From the NCBI GenBank assembly GCA_002427525.1, contig DIRP01000002.1, positions 16,997 to 80,996 of the forward strand: a DNA stretch of 64,000 bases, in the 5' to 3' direction. Position 1 is the stretch's first letter. Each line of letters opens with the position of its first letter. A program made the position numbers and the translations under genes. The notes beneath the pieces were generated by a model that saw only the letters and a program-made list of their open reading frames with translations, did not search any database and was not told the origin of the DNA. The stretch comes from Bacteroidales bacterium UBA5433 (GTDB taxonomy: Bacteria > Bacteroidota > Bacteroidia > Bacteroidales > UBA932). Positions 44,132 through 54,235 of the stretch are shown in pieces.

Positions 44132-46894
44132 TCAAAACTTAATATTGTAAGTAACATAAGGTATGGGACAACCAAAAATAGAGAGCATATATGATCTTAC
44201 CGTATTGTTTTCTGTCTTGAAAAATACAGAATATGGATTTTTTCGCCCGGTAACATTATAAACTCCAATAGTGATAGAACTATGTGTAAGCAAAGTCAGT
44301 TTATGAGAGGGTTCAATGTTGAAAGCAATATCCAGACGGAAGTAATCAGGTATGCGGTGTGCATTTCGGTCACTATACAGCAGCCTCCATCCACCCGCAT
44401 AATAATACGTTCCAACAGGCATGGTTATGGGCCTTCCCGTACTGTAATCCAGGTTCATGGACAAGCTGAAGCGGTGGGTAAATTTGAAATTTCCTACAAA
44501 TTTCAGGTCGTGAGGCTTGTCATAAGGTGCAGGGTACCAGTTACCTCCGTTAACGGGGTCCTGTATGGAGGGATCGCTCTGACACAATTCTGTACGGGAA
44601 TAAGTATAGGATAGCCATCCGTTAAGCCTGCCTGCAGAACGTTTGATCATCAGTTCTATACCATAGGCTCTTCCTTGTGTTTCAATTACATCTGTTTCTA
44701 TATGATGGTTCATCAGCAACTTGGCAGAAGGAGCATAATCCAGGTAGCGGTCCATTTCTTTGTAATAACCTTCCAAAGATACTTCCACTGTATTGTTATA
44801 TATGTTTTTATATAAGCCAAGTGCTGTTTGCCAGCCTTTTTGCGGACGGATATTGGCATCTGACAGTTTCCATATATCGGTAGGGGAGATTACGGTGGTA
44901 TTGGATAACATATGAATGTTTTGCCTCATGCTGTTGAATCCGGCTTTGATTGAAAAATCTCCTGTAAAAGCATACCGGGCAGAAATCCTGAACTCCGGAG
45001 CATGGTAGGGAGCTACCATTTTTCCGCTTCCCAGAGAAAGGCTGTCTGTACGGGTTTCTTTTGATTTAGGGACATCCGGTGCATAGGTATAATAGTCCTT
45101 GGGACCTAATGCGGTATAAAAACCATAACGGATTCCTGCCTCAATAGAAAATTCAGGTGTTATTTCCCACGTATCTCCAAGATAAACAGCAGTCTCTACA
45201 GCACGCTCTCTTTGCAACATATCGGGAACAACCAATGACCTGTTATCCAGTGGCAGGAAAGAGCCGGGGTCAAGGAAATAGTACAAGGCATTAAGACCGT
45301 AGTTCAGCGTGTGACCTCCACCGGGTTTTGTGGTAAAATCTGCTTTCAGGCTGGTCTGTTGCAATGAAAAGGACATGTTGTATCCCATTCCAATGTTGGT
45401 GCTGTCCAGCGTATGGTAATTGTATTTGTCGTATGTACCGGAAAGTACCATATTTGTATGGTCGCGCAGTACACTGCGGTAGCGGACAGAGGTGTTAATA
45501 TTCTGGTAACGGTAAGAAACTTGCGGGTCAAATGAAAAATTATCTCTTGAGAAATACCCATTTACAAACAACTGATTTTTGTTGTCAAATCTGTGTGAAA
45601 CGCCCAGATTCAGATCGTAAAAATTAGCCGTGCCGTTGTTGTAGCCGCTTCCTTCCGGGATTAGCTTCATAAGCCAGTCCGAGTATGTTGTACGTCCTGC
45701 CAGTAAAACAGAAGTCCTGTCTTTTACAATGGGACCTTCCAGAGTAAATTTTGTTGTCAGCAAACCAATTCCGGCCGATCCGGTAAAATTGTTTTTATTC
45801 CCTTCTCTGGTATTTACTTCCAATACAGAAGAAATACGGCCTCCGTACCTTACAGGAATGGAACTCTTGTAAAGTTCCAGGTTGCTGATTACGTCGTTGT
45901 TAAACAAAGAGAAAAGACCAAAAAGATGCGACGAGTTGTAAATCGTTCCCTGATTGTAAAGCACCAGATTTTGATCCGTGGCACCACCCCTGACGTTAAA
46001 ACCTCCGGATGCTTCGCCAACCGATTTCACTCCCGGAAGCGTCAGCACTGCCTTGATTACGTCAGCCTCGCCAAAAGCCATAGGTATGTGACGGATCCTG
46101 TCTGCCCGTACGCGTTCCAATCCCAGGCGTACGTTTCGGACGTTTTCCATTTTTTCTGCAGAGATGACAATACCTTGCAACGAGAAAACTTCTTCTTCTA
46201 TGTTCAGATCCAGCGACCCTTCTGAAAAGACACGTACGTACCTATGGGAATCTTTGTAGCCAAATCCTCTGATATGTAGCGTATTGTATCCTCTGGGCAA
46301 GGTTAGCGAATAGAACCCATACGTATCTGACATGGTATAGTGTTTTTTGTCCTCTGTCATGACAGTCATTCCGGATACAGGTTCTCCGTTCACATGGTCC
46401 CGGATGTATCCGGTGATTCGAACAATACCTTCTGTCCCTGAGAGTTCCGGGTTTCCCAGTGTGTACAGGCGGTTCTCAGAGTCGGCCGTTATTTTTTCTT
46501 CCTGTACCATCAGCGACAATTCTTCTTCTTTGTGCCTGCCGTTTTCCAACGAATCCTTAAAAAAGGCCTGGTGTATTTCTTGTTGGAGGTTGCCTTTAAG
46601 TATGAGCCATTTGGTACCACCTATGTGGTAAAAAGAAAACCCGTTCTTATGTAATTCCTTTTCCAGAACATCAAGCGCCTTGTGTTTTTCTGCCTGCAGG
46701 TTTAGGAGCAACGTATCTGTTTGTGAAGGGGCAAAATAAAAGCGAACAGGCAGTTGTTTTTCCAATGTGTTAACAATAGAATCCAGGGTGGAAAAACGGA
46801 AATTGTACGTTTCCTGCGCAAAGACCTGATGGGGAATGAGCCATGTAATGATCAGCAAGAAAGAAATGGTTAAAGTGCTTTTCTTCAGTATCAT
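44132..46894 (-). CDS. TonB-dependent receptor with an N-terminal STN-like domain and a carboxypeptidase-regulatory-like domain
   Basis: 920 aa with a signal peptide and an STN-like segment (LDSIVNTLEKQLPVRFYF...). Also has a CarbopepD_reg-like segment (ITGYIRD..NGEPVSGMTV....K.YTMSD..G.YSL.L) and a plug (GEADVIKAVLTLPGV). The C-terminal beta-barrel ends in an aromatic residue (...YNIKF). Confidence 0.88.
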   Translation of the reverse strand: MILKKSTLTISFLLIITWLIPHQVFAQETYNFRFSTLDSIVNTLEKQLPVRFYFAPSQTDTLLLNLQAEKHKALDVLEKELHKNGFSFYHIGGTKWLILKGNLQQEIHQAFFKDSLENGRHKEEELSLMVQEEKITADSENRLYTLGNPELSGTEGIVRITGYIRDHVNGEPVSGMTVMTEDKKHYTMSDTYGFYSLTLPRGYNTLHIRGFGYKDSHRYVRVFSEGSLDLNIEEEVFSLQGIVISAEKMENVRNVRLGLERVRADRIRHIPMAFGEADVIKAVLTLPGVKSVGEASGGFNVRGGATDQNLVLYNQGTIYNSSHLFGLFSLFNNDVISNLELYKSSIPVRYGGRISSVLEVNTREGNKNNFTGSAGIGLLTTKFTLEGPIVKDRTSVLLAGRTTYSDWLMKLIPEGSGYNNGTANFYDLNLGVSHRFDNKNQLFVNGYFSRDNFSFDPQVSYRYQNINTSVRYRSVLRDHTNMVLSGTYDKYNYHTLDSTNIGMGYNMSFSLQQTSLKADFTTKPGGGHTLNYGLNALYYFLDPGSFLPLDNRSLVVPDMLQRERAVETAVYLGDTWEITPEFSIEAGIRYGFYTALGPKDYYTYAPDVPKSKETRTDSLSLGSGKMVAPYHAPEFRISARYAFTGDFSIKAGFNSMRQNIHMLSNTTVISPTDIWKLSDANIRPQKGWQTALGLYKNIYNNTVEVSLEGYYKEMDRYLDYAPSAKLLMNHHIETDVIETQGRAYGIELMIKRSAGRLNGWLSYTYSRTELCQSDPSIQDPVNGGNWYPAPYDKPHDLKFVGNFKFTHRFSLSMNLDYSTGRPITMPVGTYYYAGGWRLLYSDRNAHRIPDYFRLDIAFNIEPSHKLTLLTHSSITIGVYNVTGRKNPYSVFFKTENNTVRSYMLSIFGCPIPYVTYNIKF

Positions 46895-47616
46895 GGCATA
46901 ATGTTTTTTTCATAGAACGCTGCACACAATGCATAAGAAACCTCTTTTTCTTCTGCTGAAAACTTAAGTTTATTTTCTCTTATAAAATGGTTGATTACAG
47001 AGCGCTTGTTCCTAAAAATCTTTAAAAAAGAAGATTTCCCTTTAAGCGAATGGAAGACTCCATTCCACAGAAGGTAGTAGTAATTGCTTTCAGAAAAAAC
47101 ATGCGATGCCTTTGACTCACTTGCCGCTGTTGTGTTGTTCATTCTTTTTATAGTCTTTTTGAGAATGGATATATCCTTACCAGAATACAAAACACGGTAG
47201 TAACCTTCGTCAGGAGCCTGCGGCCAATTTTCTTTCTTGATTTGAATGAATTCTTTATCGCCCAGAGTAAATGATGTAACATGTTGTTTCAACAGGATAG
47301 AGCTTGTATAATATTGGGGCATTCTGATATAGAGCTCATCAAGATGGGCATTAAGATTCAACAGAACCCCGGTGTAGAATTTACCATTATACTCAACTGA
47401 ACCTTCTGAATATTTCTCAGATTCTAAATAATATGTTCCTTCATACAGCTGCTTGTAGGCAGGAGGAATCTTTCCATTGTACAAGGGTGCATGGCCACCA
47501 CTTTGTTCCAGGTAGTATTTTACTACAGGGATGCAATTTTGTGCACCTAACCCGGGTGCAGTTATAGCGGCAATTAAAAGAAGGATTGGGATTGTTCTGG
47601 AGGCGGTACGGATCAT
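46891..47616 (-). CDS. secreted hypothetical protein, first gene of the TonB-receptor operon
   Basis: The ATG at 47616 gives the signal peptide MIRTASRTIPILLLIAAITAPGLGAQ. The longer ORF to 47670 would run over the divergent promoter box at 47659-47666. ATGA overlap with the receptor gene. I recognise no family. Confidence 0.45.
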   Translation of the reverse strand: MIRTASRTIPILLLIAAITAPGLGAQNCIPVVKYYLEQSGGHAPLYNGKIPPAYKQLYEGTYYLESEKYSEGSVEYNGKFYTGVLLNLNAHLDELYIRMPQYYTSSILLKQHVTSFTLGDKEFIQIKKENWPQAPDEGYYRVLYSGKDISILKKTIKRMNNTTAASESKASHVFSESNYYYLLWNGVFHSLKGKSSFLKIFRNKRSVINHFIRENKLKFSAEEKEVSYALCAAFYEKNIMP

Positions 47617-47658
47617 GCTAACTTTTATTATGAAGGACAAAAGTAGCCAAAAAGATTG

Positions 47659-47666
47659 TACATTTG
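47659..47666 (+). promoter_or_regulatory. -7 promoter box (TACATTTG) for the cell-wall salvage operon
   Basis: Exact TAnnTTTG match 33 nt upstream of the ATG at 47700. Confidence 0.4.
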
Positions 47667-47699
47667 CCATTTATATAGGATTTCTAATAATACAAACAC

Positions 47700-49154
47700 A
47701 TGAAAAGAATTGATTGTTTTCTCCCTGCTGCTTCCTATGAGCAAATTGCGGGAACTTTAGCTAATCTGGAGAATTTAGAATTGGTTAACAAAATCTACCT
47801 TCTTGTATCAGATGGTAAACACAACCTGGATAGTACGGGATATGAAATAATCCGGATTGATAACCTGAATTCTTCAGCCACCATTCAAAAAATTGCGGCC
47901 GTTGTTGCTACAGATTTTGCACTTATTTACACCAAATATACCCAGTTGGAACCGGGCTACCTGTCGTTGGAACGGTTTGTTCAGCTGGCAGACGATACAC
48001 GGGCCGGCATGTTGTATTCAGATCACTTTCAGATTATTGAGGGGAAGCGCAGAAAAATGCCTTTGATTGAATGCCAGGAGGGAGCATTGCGGGATGATTT
48101 CAATTTTGGTTCGGTACTTTTCTACAATGCTTTGTACTTAAAGAAAGCCGTTTCCATGTCTTTTACGGAATATGCTTATGCAGGTTTGTATTCCCTGCGT
48201 CTGGCAGTAAGCCGCATCGCTCCGCTTGTACATATTAATGAGTACCTGTATACAGAAATAGAAACAGATACACGAAAATCCGGAGAAAAACTCTTTGATT
48301 ACGTAGATCCCAAAAACAGAGAAGTTCAAATAGATATGGAAAAAGCTTGTACGGAACACCTGAAAGCCGTAGGAGCTTATCTGCCTCCTGTATTTACTCC
48401 TGTAAATCTGGATGAACGCAAGTTTGAATTTGAAGCTACCGTAATGATTCCTGTGTTTAACAGAGAACGTACCATTGAAGATGCGGTGAAATCTGCATTA
48501 AGTCAGAAGACCAGTTTTAAGTACAATGTTATTGTGGTCAACCACCATAGCACAGACAACACCGTATCCATTGTTGAAAAATATACAGGAGATTCTAAAT
48601 TGATTTTTATAACTCCGCCAAGAAGAGATTTGTTTGTAGGCGGGTTGTGGAATACGGCCCTGCACCATCCCAAATGCGGGAAATTCCTTGTTCAGCTGGA
48701 TAGCGACGACATGTATTCGGGGCCAGATTCACTGGAAACCATAGTCAAAGCTTTTTATGAGCAGCAATGTGCTATGGTTGTGGGAACATACCGTATGACA
48801 GATTTTGAATTGAATACTATCCCTCCGGGAGTTATTGATCACAGGGAATGGACCCCGGAAAACGGAAGAAACAATGCGTTGCGTATTAACGGGCTGGGAG
48901 CTCCGCGGGCGTTCTATACCCCCATTCTTCGTACCCTGTTGTTACCTAACACCAACTACGGGGAAGATTACGGGCTGGGCCTTCGTTTCTCCAGAAACTA
49001 CCAGATTGGCCGCATTTATGATGTGGTGTACAATTGCCGCCGTTGGGAGGGCAACTCGGATGCAGCCCTGGAACCGGAAAAAAATAATGCTAATAACCTT
49101 TATAAAGACAGATTGCGTACATGGGAACTTCAGGCAAGAAAACAATTGAGGTAG
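47700..49154 (+). CDS. two-module protein: unknown (possibly degenerate GT-A) N-terminal half plus a family-2 glycosyltransferase C-terminal half
   Basis: The C-terminal half has [30 protein letters not shown] and a QLDSDD DxD motif typical of GT2. The N-terminal ~230 aa have no motif I can name. Confidence 0.7.
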   Translation: MKRIDCFLPAASYEQIAGTLANLENLELVNKIYLLVSDGKHNLDSTGYEIIRIDNLNSSATIQKIAAVVATDFALIYTKYTQLEPGYLSLERFVQLADDTRAGMLYSDHFQIIEGKRRKMPLIECQEGALRDDFNFGSVLFYNALYLKKAVSMSFTEYAYAGLYSLRLAVSRIAPLVHINEYLYTEIETDTRKSGEKLFDYVDPKNREVQIDMEKACTEHLKAVGAYLPPVFTPVNLDERKFEFEATVMIPVFNRERTIEDAVKSALSQKTSFKYNVIVVNHHSTDNTVSIVEKYTGDSKLIFITPPRRDLFVGGLWNTALHHPKCGKFLVQLDSDDMYSGPDSLETIVKAFYEQQCAMVVGTYRMTDFELNTIPPGVIDHREWTPENGRNNALRINGLGAPRAFYTPILRTLLLPNTNYGEDYGLGLRFSRNYQIGRIYDVVYNCRRWEGNSDAALEPEKNNANNLYKDRLRTWELQARKQLR

Positions 49155-50476
49155 GCATTCTTTCTGCCCCTTGCATAGCCTTTCAGTTGGAAGGGAATTT
49201 CGGTCCTTTTGCGGGAGCTTTTGAAGCTACAGTACAGAACGGGGTTGTATGTGTAACAGGAAAGGAAGGCAGCAGCCATCCCGGGCAGCAGGCAGTCAAA
49301 GCGGCCCGGTGCATTTTTGAACCCTCAGATGAGAATATGTCTTTTGTTCTGAAAGACGTTGTCATAGGTATTGAATTTCATTGGGAGCGAAAGGAAGACC
49401 AACGTTTTAAAGGAGCGTTGGTCTTTGTGCCGGAAGATGGTCAGGTACGAGCCGTCAATGTACTTTCTGTAGAAGATTACCTGGTAAGTGTTATAGCATC
49501 AGAAATGAGTGCAACCAGCATGCCTGAATACCTAAAGGCACATGCGGTAATATCGCGTAGCTGGGTTCTTTCTCAAATGAAAAAAAGAGAACGTGCGGGA
49601 GGATCCGCTCCTGCATTATGCAGGGAAACGGCTGCTCCGTCAGAAATACGTACAGACGCTGAATGGATCAAATGGTGGGACAGGGAAGACCATACGTTAT
49701 TTGATGTATGTGCCGATGACCATTGTCAAAGGTACCAGGGGATCACACGGCCTTCGCAATCGTTGGATAATGTAAGCGGGGCCATTAAACAAACAGCCGG
49801 AGAGGTGCTTACTTCTGATGGAGAAATATGCGACGCCCGGTTTTCCAAATGCTGTGGCGGGATTATGGAACGTTTCTCTACTTGTTGGGAAGCGGTTGAT
49901 CCTCCTTATTTGCAGGGGAAATACGACGGTGAGGATTTTCCTGCCGAGATTCCGCTTCCGGACCTTACAGACCACGCACAGGCAGAAGTATGGATAGAAA
50001 GTACACCTCCTGCTTTTTGTAATACAGATGATACTGCCGTTCTTTCTCAGGTGCTGAACGATTACGATCAGGAAACAAAAGCTTTTTACCGCTGGGAGGT
50101 TTCTTATACTTCGGAAGAATTGGGAGATCTGATAAAAAACAGGATTGGCGAAGATTTGGGGTGTATTGAAGATTTGATACCCTTGGAAAGAGGCAGTTCC
50201 GGTCGTATTTCCAAACTAAAGATTATTGGTTCCAAAAGAACGCTCACCATAGGAAAGGAGCTCTTGATAAGAAAAGCCCTTTCGCCTACCCATTTGTATT
50301 CCTCGGCCTTTGTCCCCGTAAAACGCTCGTACGGTTTTGTTCTGTACGGAGCAGGCTGGGGCCACGGAGTAGGGCTTTGCCAGATTGGAGGAGCCGTTAT
50401 GGCCTCCCGGGGGTATTCCTATAAAGAAATTTTAGCACATTACTATCCCGGCTCGCGGATTGAAAAATTGTATTAA
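49121..50476 (+). CDS. SpoIID/LytB-domain protein (lytic transglycosylase / amidase-enhancer family)
   Basis: [14 protein letters not shown].....[20 protein letters not shown] and [13 protein letters not shown] are SpoIID-family blocks. There is no obvious signal peptide. It overlaps the GT2 gene by 34 nt. Confidence 0.8.
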   Translation: MGTSGKKTIEVGILSAPCIAFQLEGNFGPFAGAFEATVQNGVVCVTGKEGSSHPGQQAVKAARCIFEPSDENMSFVLKDVVIGIEFHWERKEDQRFKGALVFVPEDGQVRAVNVLSVEDYLVSVIASEMSATSMPEYLKAHAVISRSWVLSQMKKRERAGGSAPALCRETAAPSEIRTDAEWIKWWDREDHTLFDVCADDHCQRYQGITRPSQSLDNVSGAIKQTAGEVLTSDGEICDARFSKCCGGIMERFSTCWEAVDPPYLQGKYDGEDFPAEIPLPDLTDHAQAEVWIESTPPAFCNTDDTAVLSQVLNDYDQETKAFYRWEVSYTSEELGDLIKNRIGEDLGCIEDLIPLERGSSGRISKLKIIGSKRTLTIGKELLIRKALSPTHLYSSAFVPVKRSYGFVLYGAGWGHGVGLCQIGGAVMASRGYSYKEILAHYYPGSRIEKLY

Positions 50477-51783
50477 TGAAAGAAATGCCTAAAACAAAAA
50501 CCAGGAATGCCTGGTCGTGGATCCCAACGTTGTATTTTGCACAGGGGTTGCCTTATGTGGCCGTGATGACCATAGCCGTAATCATGTACAAACGGCTTGG
50601 CCTTTCCAACACAGAAATCGCCTTGTACACCAGCTGGCTTTACCTGCCCTGGGTCATCAAGCCTCTTTGGAGCCCTTTTGTGGACCTGATTAAAACAAAA
50701 AGATTGTGGATAATTCTCATGCAAAGCTTTATAGCTGTGGGCTTTGCGGGAGTTGCTTTTTTTCTGCCCACTACTTTCTTTGTAAAAACCACCTTGGCTT
50801 TTTTCTGGCTTATTGCTTTCAGTTCTGCTACTCACGACATTGCTGCTGACGGCTTTTATATGCTGGGGCTTTCGCAAGGTGAACAATCTTTTTTTGTAGG
50901 TATCCGCAATACTTTTTACCGTTTTGCCACCATTTTTGGGCAAGGGGTACTTGTTATGCTGGCCGGTTTGCTGGAAGAAGGAAAGATTTTACCGCGAGTA
51001 GGCGGAAACATTCCGCTGGCCTGGAGCTTGACCTTTTATTTGCTGGCTGCCATTTTTCTTATTTTAACCCTCTACCATAGAGCTATACTTCCCAGGCCTG
51101 CTGCCGACGTGTCCAGAGACAACATTACCCCGTTGGGTCTTCTGAAAGACTTTTTTCTTACGTTTGGTTCGTTTTTCAAAAAGAACGACCTGGGGCTTGC
51201 TTTATTATTTATTCTTACCTACCGTTTGGGTGAATCACAACTTGTAAAAATTGCCACTCCTTTTTTACTGGATACTTCAGAAGCAGGAGGGTTGGGACTG
51301 CCAACGGCTACCGTGGGCATGGTATACGGAACCATTGGGGTGGTTGCTTTGCTCTTGGGTGGTGTGGTAGGCGGCATTGCCGTATCCCGGGGTGGACTGA
51401 AAAAATGGATTATTCCCATGGCTTTGGCCATCAATTTGCCTGACCTGTTGTACGTCTATATGGCTTCTACCATGCCGGACAACCTGTATGTGATTATCGC
51501 CTCTGTTGCCATGGAACAACTGGGTTATGGATTTGGGTTTACTGCGTTTATGTTGTACTTAATATATGTAGCCGACGGTCCGCACAAAACATCTCATTAT
51601 GCTATCGGGACCGGATTTATGGCACTGGGGATGATGTTGCCGGGTATGGCGGCTGGAGCCATTCAGGAAGCTATGGGCTACGAACTTTTCTTCCGGTTTG
51701 TTTGTTTGTGCACATTACCCGGTATAGTAGCTTCTATCTTGATAAGCAAAAGGTTACCGGCAGATTATGGAAAGAAAATCTAA
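50476..51783 (+). CDS. ampG: AmpG-family muropeptide MFS permease
   Basis: FAQGLPY, IKPLWSPFVD....KR.W and AFSSATHDIAADG parallel E. coli AmpG blocks (GLPLAL, FKFLWSPLMD, AFCSASQDIVFDA). About 12 TM segments. TAATG stop/start overlap with the upstream gene. Confidence 0.85.
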   Translation: MKEMPKTKTRNAWSWIPTLYFAQGLPYVAVMTIAVIMYKRLGLSNTEIALYTSWLYLPWVIKPLWSPFVDLIKTKRLWIILMQSFIAVGFAGVAFFLPTTFFVKTTLAFFWLIAFSSATHDIAADGFYMLGLSQGEQSFFVGIRNTFYRFATIFGQGVLVMLAGLLEEGKILPRVGGNIPLAWSLTFYLLAAIFLILTLYHRAILPRPAADVSRDNITPLGLLKDFFLTFGSFFKKNDLGLALLFILTYRLGESQLVKIATPFLLDTSEAGGLGLPTATVGMVYGTIGVVALLLGGVVGGIAVSRGGLKKWIIPMALAINLPDLLYVYMASTMPDNLYVIIASVAMEQLGYGFGFTAFMLYLIYVADGPHKTSHYAIGTGFMALGMMLPGMAAGAIQEAMGYELFFRFVCLCTLPGIVASILISKRLPADYGKKI

Positions 51784-51794
51784 TATGAATTGAT

Positions 51795-53042
51795 ATGAAA
51801 TACACACACAATTTCCTGCTTTTATTTGTTTCACTTTTTCTTGTATTATCCTGTCAGTCACAAGACCGTATTGTGAAAACAGGTATTGATGTCCTTCAGG
51901 AATCAGGGTTTGCCCTGTTGGAAGGAAAACGCGTAGGACTCATTACCAACCCTACCGGCGTGGACAGAAACCTGCGTTCTACCATAGATATTTTATTTGA
52001 AGCACCTAACGTAGAATTGGTAGCCTTGTACGGTCCGGAACACGGGGTACGCGGAGAAGTACATGCCGGAGACAGGATTGTATCGCAAACCGATCCCATT
52101 ACGGGGCTACCGGAATATTCGTTGTACGGAAGTACCAGAAGACCTACGGAAGACATGTTAGAGGGGCTGGATGTATTGGTTTACGATATTCAGGACATTG
52201 GTTCCCGATCTTTTACCTACATCTCTACCATGGGACTGGCCATGGAAGCTTGTGCTGAACTGGATATAGAATTTGTGGTTTTGGACAGACCCAATCCCAT
52301 TGGAGGTCTTAAAGTGGAAGGATGTTATGTGGAAGACGGCTGTTTTACGTTTGTGAGTCAGTACAGGATTCCTTATGTGTACGGCCTCACTTGTGGCGAA
52401 CTGGCTTTGCTTCTTAACGGGGAACGTATGCTGGGCTCGGGTGCACGCCCCGGTGAAAGTGCCCGGTGCAACCTTACGGTAGTTCCCATGGAAGGGTGGA
52501 AAAGAGATATGTTTTACGACCAAACAGGATTGCAATGGATTGCTTCTTCACCTCATATTCCGCAGGCCATAACGTCATTTTTCTACCCCCTGAGCGGCAT
52601 TGCCGGTGATCTGGCAGGCATATCCATAGGGGTTGGGTACACGTTGCCTTTCCAATTGTTTGCTCCCGTGGAAGAGAACATGGATCCGGAACAACTGGCA
52701 GCCAATTTAAACGCTCTGGACTTACCGGGGCTCTATTTCAGACCCATTTATTTCAGGCCTTTTTACAGCAGGGGGCAGGGGACCACACTGGGAGGAGTAC
52801 AGGTACACCTGACAGACCCGGCCGCTGCACCACTGACCGATGTGAATTTTTACGTAATGCAGGAAATGCATAAATTGAACCCCGAGATGGTATTCAACCT
52901 CAACAGGATCACAAAAGTGACCGGCAGTCCTTTTATAACTGAAAAATTCTCGGAAAGGTATATGTTTGAAGACATCAAAGAGTATTGGTACAAAGATGCA
53001 GAAGCTTTCCGTGAGCTTTCCGCGCGTTACTACCTTTACTAA
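51795..53042 (+). CDS. namZ: DUF1343-family exo-beta-N-acetylmuramidase (NamZ-like) lipoprotein
   Basis: Lipoprotein signal (LVLSC). GIDVL, GKRVGLITNPTGV, LYGPEHG.RG, YSLYG, VYDIQDIGSR.FTYI, VLDRPNP and LTCGELA are DUF1343/YbbC/NamZ blocks. Confidence 0.85.
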   Translation: MKYTHNFLLLFVSLFLVLSCQSQDRIVKTGIDVLQESGFALLEGKRVGLITNPTGVDRNLRSTIDILFEAPNVELVALYGPEHGVRGEVHAGDRIVSQTDPITGLPEYSLYGSTRRPTEDMLEGLDVLVYDIQDIGSRSFTYISTMGLAMEACAELDIEFVVLDRPNPIGGLKVEGCYVEDGCFTFVSQYRIPYVYGLTCGELALLLNGERMLGSGARPGESARCNLTVVPMEGWKRDMFYDQTGLQWIASSPHIPQAITSFFYPLSGIAGDLAGISIGVGYTLPFQLFAPVEENMDPEQLAANLNALDLPGLYFRPIYFRPFYSRGQGTTLGGVQVHLTDPAAAPLTDVNFYVMQEMHKLNPEMVFNLNRITKVTGSPFITEKFSERYMFEDIKEYWYKDAEAFRELSARYYLY

Positions 53043-53053
53043 AAGCACATCCC

Positions 53054-54193
53054 ATGAAGCGGTTTTACTTTTTAACGGTATTGTTGCTGTTGGTTGTATC
53101 GTGTGAGCGTGAAAAGGTAAAACCGGACCAAAATCCAGATACAGACCCCGACGTACCTGAAGTTTTTGTTCCGGAAAAGCGCATTGAAGGACGTGTGGCG
53201 TTATCTTATGTAACGTATTACAGTCAGGGAATTCCCGACCCCACATTACTCACGCACATTTGTTATGCTTTTGCCGAGTTGTATGTTGTAGGCGGTCAGT
53301 ACAGGAAATTTGCTTTACAAGGTGATCCATCACGTTTTGCTGCTGTGGCAGATTTGAAAAAAAACCATCCGCACCTGAAAATACTTTTAGCGTTTACCCA
53401 TACGGTTGATAATAAGGACAACGCACAAGGTGGTGGATTTTCCGCTATGAGCAGTACAGAAGAAGGCCGGCAGGCTTTTGCCCGGGATTGCCTGGAGTTT
53501 TTACAACAGTGGGGGATTGACGGAGTAGATATTGGCTGGGAATTTCCCGGTCTTTCCTGGAGCGGCCATGCTTCCAATCCCGCTGCAGATACGCAAAACC
53601 ATGTGTTGTTGCTGAAAGAGTTGCGCCGGACGTTGGGATCTGATTATTTGATAACATTTCCCGGATACATATCAGATGCTAAAACAATAGCAGAAGGAAC
53701 CCGTTATATTGATTTGAAGGCCGTAGAACCTTATGTAGATTTTGTGAACGTGATGACCTACGATATGGACCAGGCACCGCATCATCATTCGGCTTTGGAA
53801 GATTCCCGGGCCTATTGGGATTGCGTTAAAATGCTGGCGTCGTATAAAGCGGCAGGGTTTCCGCCGGAGAAGATGGTCCTGGGGATTCCTTTTTACGGAA
53901 GGATTTCCTTTTCCCAAAGTCCCACAGCTATTACTTACCGGCAGATTAAAAACCTGGATCCGGCAGTATATACTATCGGGAACTGGGATCCCACAGCTTC
54001 CGTACCGTACGTTACAAGAAAAGCCACGGGTGCTTTTTATTGCGGCTATGACAATCCGGCAAGTATAGCCATCAAGGGAGCGTGGCTTCTAGCCCATGGC
54101 ATGAAAGGCATGATGTGCTGGATGTACCATGGCGATGATGATAACGGAACCCTTAGGAAAGCTATGTGGAATGCTGTGATGAAACCCTTATGA
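53054..54193 (+). CDS. glycoside hydrolase family 18 lipoprotein with a non-canonical catalytic motif
   Basis: Lipoprotein signal (LVVSC). The GH18 core is THICYAFAE, GIDGVDIGWEFP (53519-53542) and VNVMTYDM. The canonical DxxDxDxE reads DGVDIGWE, with the third Asp replaced by Gly. Confidence 0.8.
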   Translation: MKRFYFLTVLLLLVVSCEREKVKPDQNPDTDPDVPEVFVPEKRIEGRVALSYVTYYSQGIPDPTLLTHICYAFAELYVVGGQYRKFALQGDPSRFAAVADLKKNHPHLKILLAFTHTVDNKDNAQGGGFSAMSSTEEGRQAFARDCLEFLQQWGIDGVDIGWEFPGLSWSGHASNPAADTQNHVLLLKELRRTLGSDYLITFPGYISDAKTIAEGTRYIDLKAVEPYVDFVNVMTYDMDQAPHHHSALEDSRAYWDCVKMLASYKAAGFPPEKMVLGIPFYGRISFSQSPTAITYRQIKNLDPAVYTIGNWDPTASVPYVTRKATGAFYCGYDNPASIAIKGAWLLAHGMKGMMCWMYHGDDDNGTLRKAMWNAVMKPL

Positions 54194-54235
54194 TTCCCTG
54201 CCTGTATCCATTTTTTTTGCTAATTTTACAACCTC

